Source of the DNA: Eukaryota sp. GEM-RC1
Taxonomy: Eukaryota
Direction: 5' to 3'
Length of the DNA: 64,000 nt
Assembly: GCA_040285855.1 (NCBI GenBank)
Contig: JAUFOQ010000013.1
Coordinates: 682,001-746,000 of the forward strand
Each line of letters starts with the position of its first letter. Position 1 is the stretch's first letter. Shown piece by piece: positions 37,819 to 49,527 of the stretch. Below the pieces are notes generated by a model. The model saw only the letters and a program-made list of their open reading frames with translations, did not search any database and was not told where the DNA came from. The position numbers and the translations under genes were made by a program.

Positions 37819-38540
37819 ATTTAAATTTAGTTTTTTATTGTTTTACTTAATATATTGCTTTATGTTAAGTACATGTATATGTATTCACACACTGAAATTT
37901 CAAATTTCCAGCACTAAGTGCGTATTTACTCATTTAGTTTTCATAGCAGTCATGCTTTGCCGTCATGGCTCTGTTGATAGTGTGATAACAATCACAACCA
38001 CAATTTGTTTAAAAACATACTTGGAAAATACACGGGCCAAAAAATAATACAAATGCAAATAGAAAAATGTAATACATTGTATCTGCATTATTGTTTTTGT
38101 ATTATTGTATTTTTTATATTCTCCAACCATGAAAACTTCTTGATTTATGCTTGGGTACTTATTAACTATTTTTTTACTTTTTTTTAAGTTACCGAGTGCG
38201 ACGATTTCTTGCTCGCACTCGGTCTGTACGCACTGAGTGCGAGTTGGAGTGCAATCTGAGTGCGTTGCATATAATTTAAAAGTATTTGAGTAATTGTAAT
38301 TTTGTAGTGTTAGTGTACATTGGTACTCCAAATACTGTACACTGTTTGCTTAAGATTCATTTTTTCTCGATTTTAATGTTGAAATAGACTCAATGAGTGA
38401 TAATGAATAGACAGATTCTTCATCTGAATTCAATTTCAGAGACATGATTCGTCACTCTTTGAAAAATAAAAGCGAAACACCTCTTCATTGCAAATTTCGC
38501 TACCAGATACCTGCATTCTGCACAACTTTTATCGTAATAC

Positions 38541-40038
38541 CCATAGATGGGAAATCCAGAATACATGTATTCTGTGTATTTTGTATTTGTATTTGTATTA
38601 ATACAAAGCCCTTATTTGTATTTTTTTTTGGTAATTTTACTATCAGTATTTAGTCTTATTTATTCTTATTATTTGCATATTCAATGCTACTTGAGTACCA
38701 GGCTCTCTCATAAGATAATTTAAAATAATTTGAACATCAAAAAGTGCCAAAAATAAATGTGAAATAGATACAATTAAAACCAAATAAAAACCAAATATGT
38801 TATTAGTACATTTTCTCTCAGTCACTATCAATGAATACACAATCCATTTGATTACCCCTGTCTTGTCGAAATGAGTTAGTTGACTTTCCGCTTCATATAA
38901 TTGCTGTAACTGTGTCGCCATTCCATAGAGATCTGTGGATCATCATCAATAGTTCAATATAGCATCGTGGACGACCATGAGAATCGTTCACTGATCATAT
39001 GCCCGGATATAGTCGTTGGACTGGCTTGGAACACAGGTAAAGGCTCGTCTGCATCGGTTAGGTTCGACATAGAAATAGCAAAGTCTGAGCAAAAACGCCT
39101 TGACTTTGATTCGGAGCTGAGCTTGAGTATTTCGCACTTCATGTTTCAAGTCAATCAACGATCTTGAGCACTCAACTAACTCATGAAATATAGAGATCAA
39201 TGAAGTTTACTTTCCAACATCTTATATATAGTTATTCATATTTTGTTGTATTTTGTACCACTTGTATTTGTATTTACATGATCGTAAAAAAGGCTAAAAA
39301 ATTAATAGAAATATAAATTAATAGAAATAAATAGAATTTATATATATTTATGAGGAGCCCTGTTGAGTACCAAATGCAATGTTGCTTCTGCAAAAATATA
39401 TGTACAGGAAATTCCAATTCATCAATTATGTTATGGCTTCTACTGATTCAAAAACACTTGCCTCCTCTCCCACTATGTTGTTTACATCTCAACTGCGCGG
39501 ATATGAGGCCAACAACGTAATCTCCGACAACCTCCTATGGATTCCGTGCTCATTGAAATGGAAATTCAATGGGCATGATGTTCATTCCCCCTTCAATACT
39601 TCTGAAAAGTCAGGGGAGACACTTCACTTTTGGCTTGATTAAATGCACGTTTTTACAAACACCAACTGTAATCACTTCAAAGACCTTAGAAGTTTGAATC
39701 TACCAGTAGATGAAGTTGTATAATTTTTAGTTCGTAATTATCTTGAGTGCTCACGCACTCTCTATCATAATATTGGGTTTTTGGTGAGTTTCTATAGTAT
39801 AAAACCAAAGTTCAACTACTTTCGGCGTGAAAACGATGAAACGGAGAAAGTTTGTCACACTACCACTTCTCAGTATAGTTGATTATTTTAAATGGTCTTA
39901 TCAAAGTAACACATATGTTTCCACCTGAAATACAATTGAAATACACTCACGTGATAGAAATAGTGTATTTGTATTCGTTGTATTTGTATTTGTATTTATA
40001 TTAATACAGAGGCACAAAGTTGTATTTCCCATCTATGG
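38541..40038. mobile_element. TIR element (hAT-like, non-autonomous) with TGTATT subterminal repeats, inserted in the repeat shared with ~10.9-12 kb
   Basis: 15-bp perfect TIR CCATAGATGGGAAAT. Absent from the homologous site near 11645. TSD imperfect. Confidence 0.75.
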
Positions 40039-40496
40039 TAGTAAAAGTAATGGTTATAAGTTTGAACAATTTCAGTTCCAATTTGTTCAGCTATGAGATA
40101 CAAGTAGAGCGCAAGTTTGCGTTATAGTATGGTCTGAAGCAGGTGGCATTAACGCAGCATCGAAATTAATACTAGAATAATGTAATCAATCACAATTCTG
40201 AGGTATTTTCCAAGTATTTTACAACAATTCCCCTAATCATTTCCAAAGCCTTATTAGCTGTGAGTTCCTTTTATGAGGACAAAGCTGTTTTAAGATTTTA
40301 TAGCGACGGGTGTTATCAAATGTTAGTTGTCATTTTCGATAAGTTCACGCTTCTTTTCATTTCATAGATTTAACCAAACAGACTCCAATTTTTTTGATAA
40401 CGATTGAATCAATAACAAACACTTTATTGATTGATGATAGAACTAAGCATACCTATTGATTGTTATTCTCCTCACGATCTACTTGGATTGGTCTCT

Positions 40497-41907
40497 TTAA
40501 CTGACCTGGAAGCACAAAGCCACATGCAGGATCGATAGCAACTGAGAGACAAGGACATCGGTGGAGGTAAAGCTGAACCTGGTCCTCTTGTTCATCATTG
40601 TTGCTGTTGTTGTTGTTTGTTTGTTGTTGTTGTTGTTGTTGTTGTTGTTGCTGTTGCTGTTGTTCTGACGTGTAACAGTGACAGTCATGTTGACGGGTAC
40701 AATCTCTTCATCAAAGGAGTCTCTCAAAGTGAGACATTCAGTTGTGTAGGCTTCAAAAAACACAGGAACTGTGACCTCTTCCTCATCTTCAGGCACTTGC
40801 ACGGTGATTTCTTCCTTCAAAGGTCTCACTTCAATTCCTTCTCTTTGTTCTTCAACGGAAACTTGAATGGTATATTCAACTGCCTCATCAACAGGGGGGT
40901 TCAGGTTCAACAGGCTCAGCTGGTTCAACATCAATTTCTTCAACTATCTCTTCAATGGGAAGGTCTTGGCCGACAGGGAAAGCAATAACACGGAAGTTTG
41001 GATTTGAGTTGTCATTGTTGTTGTTGTTGTTACCATTGGTATTGTTGTTTTCTCCTTCCAGTTGAGAAGCCAGTGCTTCATACTCTTCTTGACGGAATTC
41101 AGGAACAACAAAGATCACAGAAACGTTTTCTGAAACAAGTACTTCACGAAGCTCTTGTCTACGTTGACGGCGGTTTTCACCATTGACGAAATTGAGAGCG
41201 ATTGGGGTGTCACTTATGACAATGAGGTAATTATCTGTATCGTCCTTGAAGTCAGATTCTTGAGCTGCCCATTCCATGTTGTCATAGAGTTGACTTTCGT
41301 TAATTCTTCTGTTGTCAACTGGAGTGTTTCTGATTTGTTCTTTGACACACTCGGAGTTGGTGGTAAGACGTTGGCGGAAAGTGGGTTCAAATCCATTAGT
41401 AGCTAAGCCTTGGCGAGCGTTGTAGGTTTCATCCACTTCTTGGACAAGATCTTGCAAATCTTCACGCAGAGATTCAATGATTCTTGCTTCAGCCAAGTAC
41501 ATAATGTCAACGTCGGTCTCGTTTTCGTTCATTTGCTTCACTCGGAAGTTGACATTGTTTCCGTTGTTGTTTCCGTTGCCGTTGTTGTTTCCGTTGTTGT
41601 TGCCGTTGTTGTTTCCATTGGCAATACGGACAGTGAAGAAGGTTCGAAGAGGTAGCATTTGGCTTCCAGCAACACCATAGATTTCGGGGCGTTCAACCAG
41701 ATCAGCTTTTTGGTTATTGTTCTGGTTGTTGTTGTTGTTGTTCTCAGTACGTTCTTCGCGGGCGATTATGAATCCCTTGCAGTTCGGATCAACCCGATCA
41801 TCAAGTTCCTCAACGCCTCGTTCACAGAGACCAAGTTCGAGATCATTGTTGTTGTTTTGTGCCAAGACAGTGATGATAAGAACCGTAACAAACAGGAGCT
41901 TCAACAT
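40497..41907 (-). CDS. Secreted Asn-rich protein with a vWA/integrin-beta-like domain (frameshift near 40900)
   Basis: Signal peptide MLKLLFVTVLIITVLA; poly-Asn tracts; DVDIMYL, ESQLYDNM, YLIVISD, LREVLVSENVSVIFVV..YEALASQL. Confidence 0.6.
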
Positions 41908-42020
41908 GGGGATAGATAGTGTTTCAGGAGATCAATCGTAGAGTATATAAATGCTACTGTAGACATGCTGTAGATATATCCATGATCACCGTTGTTCATC
42001 ATTCATGTTGTTTATCATTC

Positions 42021-43997
42021 ATGTCATTTGCACAAAGAGTAACAGCAAAAGCCCTGGATCTGATCCAGACTTGTATCGAGATCACTCATGAAGCTGCAGC
42101 TGGTCATCCTTCTTCTTCTGCTTCCTTAGCTCATCTCATGACAGTTCTTTGCTACAAACACATGAAGTGGGATCCTCAAACTCCCGACAGTCCTCTTTCT
42201 GATCGAATAGTTCTCTCAGAAGGACACGCTGCTCCCATTGTTTATGCAATTGGTGCTGATCTTGGGATAAGCATTCAGGACTATACTACCAAAGCTACAC
42301 GTCCAATGACCCGAAGTGATGCTGACACTCTCAGAAGTCTCAATTCTCCTATAGAAGGTCATCCCAACCCTGCTTTTGGGTTTAAATTCTTTCCAGCAGC
42401 AACAGGATCTCTCGGACAAGGTCTCAGCGTTGCACTAGGATACGCTGCTGCGTCTAAGCTTGACAATATACATCGTAGTGTCTTCTGCATAATAGGAGAT
42501 GGTGAATCTCGAGAAGGGCAAATCTCTGAAGCATTGGATTTTCTAGTTGACCACAAGCTGTTTTCGGTTTGTCCAATTTTCAACTGCAATGGATGGGGAC
42601 AAGCCAGTCTGGTTTCACCTCAACAATCCCCAGAACGGCTTGTAAAGAAACTAAATGCATATGGTTTTGAAGTTGCTCAAATTGACGGTCATAATGCTGA
42701 TGAAATCCTCCATGCATTCAAACAACACGATGAATCAGTTAAAAAGGAGGTACCATTTGCTATTGTTGCAAAGACAACTAAGATGTGGGGCTGTCCATCC
42801 CTGTATACCAAAAATCTTCACGGAAAGGTTGTACCAGACGTACAAGCTGCATTAACGGAGTTGAATAGTTTTCGAAAACAACTGAAAGTCGAAGGACTGA
42901 GTCTCAACATGGACTGTGAAAAGCCACAAGGTCAAGTTCCACAACGTTCTCCACAGAAACCATTACCAAACACGTTTCAGGAGCTGATGCAACAGGCTGG
43001 CAAGGACGTTCCTGATCAAATCGCTACTCGTAAGGTTTATGGTTATGCACTTAAAGTGTTTGGTCTGTCTGATGATGATGTGATTGCTTGTGACGGAGAT
43101 GTTAAAAATAGTACTAACGTTCAGGAGTTTGCAGATGATCCGGTTCTTGGAAAGCGTTACTTTGAGGGAAAAATTGCTGAACAAAACATGATTTCTTTTG
43201 GTATGTGATGATATTGACAACTAATCTCAGGCGCTGGAGCTGCTCTTCAGGGGAAAATCCCATTCATCTCTTCGTTTGGACACTTTTTCTCGAGAACTTA
43301 TGATCAAATATCACTTGCTGTATATTCCGAAGCTAATCTCAAAATTGTAGGATCCCATGTTGGTCTAGGTCCTGCTAGTGATGGGCCTTCTCAAATGGCT
43401 CTTACTGACATAGCCTGGAGTACTAGTCTTGGTTTAATGAAACGACATTCTGATGGAAACCCAGCTTTACTAACAATCAATCCTTGTGATGGTCCGTCTA
43501 CTTGGAAGTTACTGTGTCAGGCAAAGGAGTGGAACGGTCCTTGTTACATTAGGGTCTTACGTCAGGATACTCCAATGATTTATCCTCATGATTGTGACAT
43601 TGAACTTACACGTGGCTTTAATGTTGTAAGTAGTGGCAAGACCAATGCTATTCTGGCTTCTGGATTGATGGTACATGCAGCGTTGAGAGTGGCAGCGAAG
43701 ATGTCGGTTCAACCTACAGTGATTGATGTGTACGCTTTTCCTTATTGTGAGAACTCACTGTTTGAAACTTTGAATGTCCTTGGAGTTGGGAAAATACTGA
43801 CACTTGAGGACAATTGTGGTTCATCATTAGGTGCGCTTGTTTCCTCCACAGTTTGTGACAAGTGTCCTGGAATTGGTGTGAGACAATTGTATGTGAGAAA
43901 AGCACCTAAATCAGGTCGCTCAGTGCAGGATTTGCTACAATTTGAAGATTTAGATGATGATACCATTCACTCAGTTGCATTAGAATTTCTTAGATAA
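42021..43997 (+). CDS. TKT: Transketolase (one 30-nt intron)
   Basis: GHPSS, SEGHAAP, ATGSLGQG, GDGE..EG..CN ThDP motif, IAEQNM, DGPSQMA. Confidence 0.93.
43201..43230 (+). other. 30-nt spliceosomal intron
   Basis: GTATGTGATGATATTGACAACTAATCTCAG contains in-frame stops; removal gives EQNMISFG-AGAALQGKIPF. Confidence 0.9.
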
Positions 43998-44062
43998 AGT
44001 TCCAATTCAAATTTTCAAATTTTAAAATGTGGGAAGAACAATTTCTGCTCAGCAACATCTTA

Positions 44063-45052
44063 ATGAATTCTTCAATGCACTTTAAACCCGCAAGCACATG
44101 TTCTATTCTTGATCATGGACCAACGATTAACCATAGTCAATTACGCGATTTGGTGAGAGAACATGCTGGTATAGTGTATACTCTTTGTCGTGACTGTGTG
44201 TTTTCATATAATCTCAGGACAAAGAGAAAGCTGCGGCTACCTTCTTTATCATTTCACCCCCTTTGCTTGGATGTAAACCATGGCTATGTTGTTACTGGAG
44301 GCCAGCGTGGTGAGTTGAATATCTATCATCTTTCCTCTCAACAATCAGTCTATACTGGGCGCATCGCAGAGGACACTGTCAACTCTTTACAACTTGTTTA
44401 CTATCAGAACTCAAATGTCATGTTGACTGTCTCCACCAATGACAGCTATATTTCCATGTATACGCTACCATCGATGGAGCAGCTTCCTGATCTCTCCTTT
44501 AATGCTCCTGTGAATCACACTTCAGTGTCTCCAAATGGCAAATTGCTTGCAACTGTGGGTGATCACAACCTGACATACTTATATGGAAACAACAATGGTC
44601 GATGGACCAAGATTCATGCTTACAATTGTTTCACTGATGCCGGATTCACAACGGACTGGAACTGGCAATCATTGATGTGGGCGTCTGCTTCTCAAGATGG
44701 AACAGCAGTTGTTAACGATGTTAGATACTCTGGAGTTTTGAAGAAGTTGTCTGCTTATAGACATCCTGAAAACCCAGATGGTGTTTCATCTTGTTTTCGA
44801 TCATGTAAGTTCTCCAAATGTGGAACAACTGATCTTTTAGCGTTCTCGCAGCATCGTTCCTATGTGATGGTGTGTGATGCTAGAAACTTTGCTGATACAA
44901 ATGTTCTTAATGTTGGCAGAGGTGTTGATCTAGCTGGTTTGTGTTTTGTTGATCATGATCGTTTTCTTTTTTACGCAACAGAAGACGAAATAGGGACAGC
45001 GGCCATCAATAAGGCTTCACGATTAAGAAGATGTGATCTGGATTTTTTGTAA
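44063..45052 (+). CDS. WD40-repeat protein (DUF2415-like), copy 1; start uncertain (44027/44063/44075)
   Basis: HSQLRDLV, GGQRGEL, VNHTSVSPNGKLLATVGD, ASASQDG, FRSCKFS, DLLAFSQH. Confidence 0.8.
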   Translation: MNSSMHFKPASTCSILDHGPTINHSQLRDLVREHAGIVYTLCRDCVFSYNLRTKRKLRLPSLSFHPLCLDVNHGYVVTGGQRGELNIYHLSSQQSVYTGRIAEDTVNSLQLVYYQNSNVMLTVSTNDSYISMYTLPSMEQLPDLSFNAPVNHTSVSPNGKLLATVGDHNLTYLYGNNNGRWTKIHAYNCFTDAGFTTDWNWQSLMWASASQDGTAVVNDVRYSGVLKKLSAYRHPENPDGVSSCFRSCKFSKCGTTDLLAFSQHRSYVMVCDARNFADTNVLNVGRGVDLAGLCFVDHDRFLFYATEDEIGTAAINKASRLRRCDLDFL

Positions 45053-45401
45053 TTTCTAAGCGTGATTCGATGGTTTTTTTTGAAAAATTCAAATAGTTAA
45101 TCTAACTGATTAATTGTCTGCGTCGTCTTGTTTATTGTTTGTAGCAGATGTTGAGGTGCACAATACATGACTCGAATGTTAAAGTTCTTCAGTTGATGAT
45201 ATCAACGTTTCTAGACTTTTAACTGTTGTTTACTTGATTGTTCGCTTCTATCAGGGAAGCAACAATATGATCACTGTTGCGACCTTATCATCATCCAATA
45301 AATTTTGAATACTACAGAATGGGATCTCTCAAATGATATCTTTACTACAATAGATCTCCTATGTTCCACTAATATCCGATAAGCTTTTTGCTTACTAAAC
45401 C

Positions 45402-46400
45402 ATGCTTATTCTTGATAGTTCCTCATTCTTTAAACACACAAACCCTCGATCTATTCTCGCTTCTGCACCGAAGATATCCCACTGGCAACTACGTGATTTG
45501 ATGAGAGAGTATAATGGAATCATTTACTTCACTCATGCAACAAGAGTATTTTCGTACAATTTGAGAACAACCGAGAAGTTTTTGCTACTTTCCGTGTCAT
45601 TTTTCCCTACTTGCTTGGATGTAAACCATGGCTATGTTGTTACTGGAGGCCAGCGTGGTGAGTTGAATATCTATCATCTTTCCTCTCAACAATCAGTCTA
45701 TACTGGGCGCATCACACAGTCCGTTGTCAACTCTTTACAACTTGTTTACTACCAGAACTCAGATGTCATGTTGACTGTCTCCACCAATGACAGCTATATT
45801 TCCATGTATATGTTACCATCAATGGAGCGGCTTCCTAATATCTCCTTTAATGATCCTGTGAACCACACTTCAGTGTCTCCAAATGGCAAATTGCTTGCAA
45901 CTGTGGGTGATCACAACCTGACATACTTATATGGAAACAACAATGGTCGATGGACCAAGATTCATGCTTACAATTGTTTCACTGATGCTGGAATGACAAC
46001 GGACTGGAACTGGCAATCATTGATGTGGGCGTCTGCTTCTCAAGATGGAACAGCAGTTGTTAACGATGTTAGATACTCTGGAGTTTTGAAGAAGGTGTCT
46101 GCTTATAGACATCCTGAAAACCCAGATGGTGTTTCATCGTCGTTTCGATCATGTAAGTTCTCCAAGTGTGGAACAACTGATCTTTTAGCGTTCTCGCAGC
46201 ATCGTTCCTATGTGATGGTGTGTGATGCTCGAAACTTTGCTGATACAAATGTGCTTAATTTTGGCAGAGGTGTTGAGCTAGCTGGTTTGTGTTTTGTTGA
46301 TCATGATCGATTTCTTATGTATGCCACAGAAGATGAAATAGGAGCAATGGCTATCAATCTTCCGGCGAGACTGAGAAGTTGTGATCTAGACTATTTGTAG
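45402..46400 (+). CDS. WD40-repeat protein (DUF2415-like), tandem copy 2
   Basis: HWQLRDL and the same motifs; central ~700 bp nearly identical to copy 1. Confidence 0.8.
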   Translation: MLILDSSSFFKHTNPRSILASAPKISHWQLRDLMREYNGIIYFTHATRVFSYNLRTTEKFLLLSVSFFPTCLDVNHGYVVTGGQRGELNIYHLSSQQSVYTGRITQSVVNSLQLVYYQNSDVMLTVSTNDSYISMYMLPSMERLPNISFNDPVNHTSVSPNGKLLATVGDHNLTYLYGNNNGRWTKIHAYNCFTDAGMTTDWNWQSLMWASASQDGTAVVNDVRYSGVLKKVSAYRHPENPDGVSSSFRSCKFSKCGTTDLLAFSQHRSYVMVCDARNFADTNVLNFGRGVELAGLCFVDHDRFLMYATEDEIGAMAINLPARLRSCDLDYL

Positions 46401-46722
46401 AGTCAGTGTCTACCAGTTTTCTTGCCTATTTGTTTTTTTTTGGTTGTTTTTGAATAATCTAAATAAATCCGTTATGTTAGAGATTCTAATGGGATCTTCT
46501 TGATAGACTATAACCGTTTCTGTGGTACTTCGAATAGACCAGTAAAGGGACTACAGGTTGTTGTTTTAATGACAATTACCAAAGAGGATGGCCCAACCGA
46601 TAAACATCCGTCCCACCAGCAACATACCATTCAACAAGAAATACATTATATACTTTACAATGTCAACAAAGAGTTCTGGATTTTATTTTTAAATTACAAA
46701 TGGCAATATTTTGTTTGGTCAA

Positions 46723-47428
46723 CTACTTACGCGATGCCAGAGCTTGTTCAAGTTGTGTCTTTAACTGCATGTTAGTCTTTTTCAGACAATTAATCTCCTC
46801 CTGGAACTTCAGCTCAGCCGCATGCTTCTGTTCAGCCATTCTCCTCTCCACTGTCTCTGATCGAACTCTCAAGTCCCCCAACTGTTTAGTCAGAGAGTCA
46901 ATCTCTTCCTTGAGTGTTGTCACCTTTGTTTCAGCCTCTGCTTGTTTCTTCTCAGCGTCAAGAGCCTTTCTGAGTCCATATGCAATAGATGATTCGTAGA
47001 GGGTTTCATAAGCATCCAGGGTCATTTTAAGCTCGTCCCGGATCCTTAGAAGTAACAAACCTCTCTCAGCACAGGTAATTGTTACTTGGCGGATGAGTTC
47101 ATCAAAGACTTGGGAATAGAGTTCTCGTCGAATAGGACAAATGCCCATGTCTAGGGCTTGACGTGCTTTTAACCTATCATCTAGTTCTTGTTGAAGTTGG
47201 ACTACTTCTAATCTGGTTGCAGGTGCAGAAGAAACAGTTTGGATCCAAAGTTGACCATCTTCTTCGAACTCACTGCTATTAGTGAATTGAAGGAGCATAC
47301 CGAGGAGGGAGAATAGAATTAAGAATGTCTTGAGTTTGAGATGCAGGTTCATTTTTCTTAGTTTTAGAAGACACTAGAACAGGTTTTTCATAAGCAAGAA
47401 GAGAAGATTTACTGTTAATCTGGGTCAT
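46723..47428 (-). CDS. DNALI1: Axonemal inner-arm dynein light chain p28 (one 28-nt intron 47273..47300)
   Basis: After splicing: DILNSILPPREFEEDGQLW..SSAPATRLEV..QARxxGICPIRRELYSQ.FDELIRQVTI.CAERGLLLLRIRDE. Confidence 0.93.
47273..47300 (-). other. 28-nt spliceosomal intron
   Basis: Minus strand GTATGCTCCTTCAATTCACTAATAGCAG; removal restores LPPREF. Confidence 0.9.
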
Positions 47429-48558
47429 TTAGGATAGTCAAAGTATGATGTGAAGAATGTAACAGTAGTTTTCATTTTGGGTGAATATCCCCTGTCCATT
47501 TTCCAATCTTTTTACTTATGGGATATACTTTTGGAATGCTTTGGGACTCAAGACTCGACTTAACGAGCATGTCTATCCACGCTTCGGAAGACACCAAAGT
47601 GAGGGATGTTTGGTCCTATCTCTGGATGCGGACGATCCATCTTCTGATGAGTCATCAGAGACTCTGATGATGCTTCTGTGAGGATCCTCTTGCGTGAATT
47701 TTATTCCCCTTCCCTTTCATCTCCCCAACAATTCCCCCATCTCCTCTTCCGTGGTCTGTTGTGTCCTTTTATACATGCCATTATCCTTCCTAAGGTTATC
47801 TGAAGTACAATCTAGTGCAGAACTTCACTTCCTTCGTATTCAATCGAGGTAGCTTCTTTCTTCCATTAAAGTAAGTTGAAGTTGTATTTCCCATATGTGA
47901 TTTTAAATTTCTGAGATAAATATTGTTTATTCGTAATTAGAACCAACCAATGTGTGCTGCAAATAGGGATCATTACCTACCGATATATTTGTCTCGCAAA
48001 GGCAGTTGCTTCTGCAATTTCCAATTGTTTAGTAATATAACCATTGGGTTTTTAAGACTGTATATCATTGGTCTATCGCACAGTAGCAATAATCAGTCAT
48101 ATAGAATGCTTAAAGAGAGGACTGGACGTTGTCACACTTGTTTTCAAGGTGTTTGAGAGAAGTCAAAATGAAGTAAAAGTAGGATCAAAGGAAGATCTGA
48201 TGATGGGGACTGAGTGTTTCTAAAAGGAAGACGAGTCTTGAGTTTCTGGCAAAAGACTTCTGATCATTGTGGCCTGAATAGAGACCGCAAAAGGCGCATC
48301 TTAAAAGATAGAATCGTGAATGAAACTAACATGAAGATATTCTGAGAGAGTGAGGTATAATGACTAAAATTGTTGAGAGGAGGTAGGAAAGTTGTACACC
48401 GTATCTAGAGAAGGAGACAAAGTTTTGCCATAAATTAACCGAGTTGTAAAGTGGAAAGTAAACTGTTGACAAACTAACAATCAAGTTGGAAACTGAATCC
48501 TGCCGAGAGGAAAGTGACGAGAACGAATCACAATGTCGACAATTGTTATTTCCTTCCC

Positions 48559-49527
48559 ATGTCTCCTGTCAGTCTTCCCGAAGTAGTTCACGGCCCGGAG
48601 TATACACTTTATCCTTGTGGTTCATCCTCTCACAACAATGGTGACACTATATTTCCCCCGCCTCTTAAGAAGTCTCACCTGTCTTCTGTAGATGACATCC
48701 CACTGTATTGCCTTATTGATTTTAAAACGGTCATTACCGATAGTGAACGACTTACCCCACTCCTTTTCAATGTTAAGAAGAAATCTCTTCCGAAATGCAC
48801 TACTACAGAATCTTCAACAGAAATTGTTTCTGAAGAACAAGAGGCTGCTGAAGTTCCAACAATCAGTGAAGAAATTGAAGTGTCCAGGCCAGAGCTGGGA
48901 CCAAATGCGGAGGATGATCAAATCATCCTTATTGTCCTCACATTTATTTACACCAATTTCGTTTCTACTGTTGTCATCAGTACCAAAAAAACAAGTGATG
49001 TTGATGGTGTTCAAACAATTACTTTTCCATCAGAAAAAGTCATGATTAATGGTCTTATATCTTTACTGTCCGAGAAAAAGCCTAGATTGCTTATAAGTTA
49101 TAACTCTGAAAAATTATTGTTCCCGTTTTTAATTGCACGATGTAAACTTTTGAACATCTCCACCACATTTAATGTGGATGAGCCATTCAGGCCTTTTATT
49201 CCCATCTGGTTCTATAGATGGTGTAAGCAAAGCGAATTTGGACCATTTATTTCCCTTGATATGGCAAATGTTGTAAAGTCAACCTATGTTTTCAAAGGTG
49301 GTAGAGGTTTAGAAAATGTTTGCTCCAAATTGTTTCAAAAGGCAATACCTAATTTAATTTTATCACCAACTGAATTCAAAACTTACTTCAACCAATTCAA
49401 AAAAATCCTAAAAATATCAACGGTTAGCGAACAGGAGAGGGAGTTTACTTTGCTTGCTCAAAATATTAAAACTTCCAAGTTATGGATGGATGACAAAAAC
49501 GCAACTCTCTGGTTGAAGATTTGCTGA
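48559..49527 (+). CDS. Inactive family-B DNA polymerase 3'-5' exonuclease-like domain; probable N-terminal part of the Fanzor ORF
   Basis: PNAEDDQIILI, GVQTITFPSEKVMI, KPRLLISYNSEKLLFPFLIARC and LDMANVVK..YVF..GLENVCSKLF parallel the Pol delta/zeta exo motifs (PE.E.DPVIQI, F.tE.ELL, PDII.GYN...FD.PYL..RA, D....Y.L..Y.L..V). Acidic catalytic residues are largely lost. Confidence 0.65.
   Translation: MSPVSLPEVVHGPEYTLYPCGSSSHNNGDTIFPPPLKKSHLSSVDDIPLYCLIDFKTVITDSERLTPLLFNVKKKSLPKCTTTESSTEIVSEEQEAAEVPTISEEIEVSRPELGPNAEDDQIILIVLTFIYTNFVSTVVISTKKTSDVDGVQTITFPSEKVMINGLISLLSEKKPRLLISYNSEKLLFPFLIARCKLLNISTTFNVDEPFRPFIPIWFYRWCKQSEFGPFISLDMANVVKSTYVFKGGRGLENVCSKLFQKAIPNLILSPTEFKTYFNQFKKILKISTVSEQEREFTLLAQNIKTSKLWMDDKNATLWLKIC

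Noticed and set aside
40596..41750. (GTT)n / (AAC)n microsatellites
   Set aside because: They encode the poly-Asn tracts of the secreted protein and are not independent elements.
41919..43997. Bacterial contamination suggested by bacterial-like genes (transketolase, tRNA sulfurtransferase, TnpB-like nuclease)
   Set aside because: The first two contain spliceosomal introns, and all are embedded among clearly eukaryotic genes of similar composition.
48559..49527. A functional DNA polymerase or Polinton/Maverick element
   Set aside because: Only an exonuclease-like domain with lost catalytic residues is present. There is no polymerase palm, integrase, ATPase, capsid gene or long TIR nearby.
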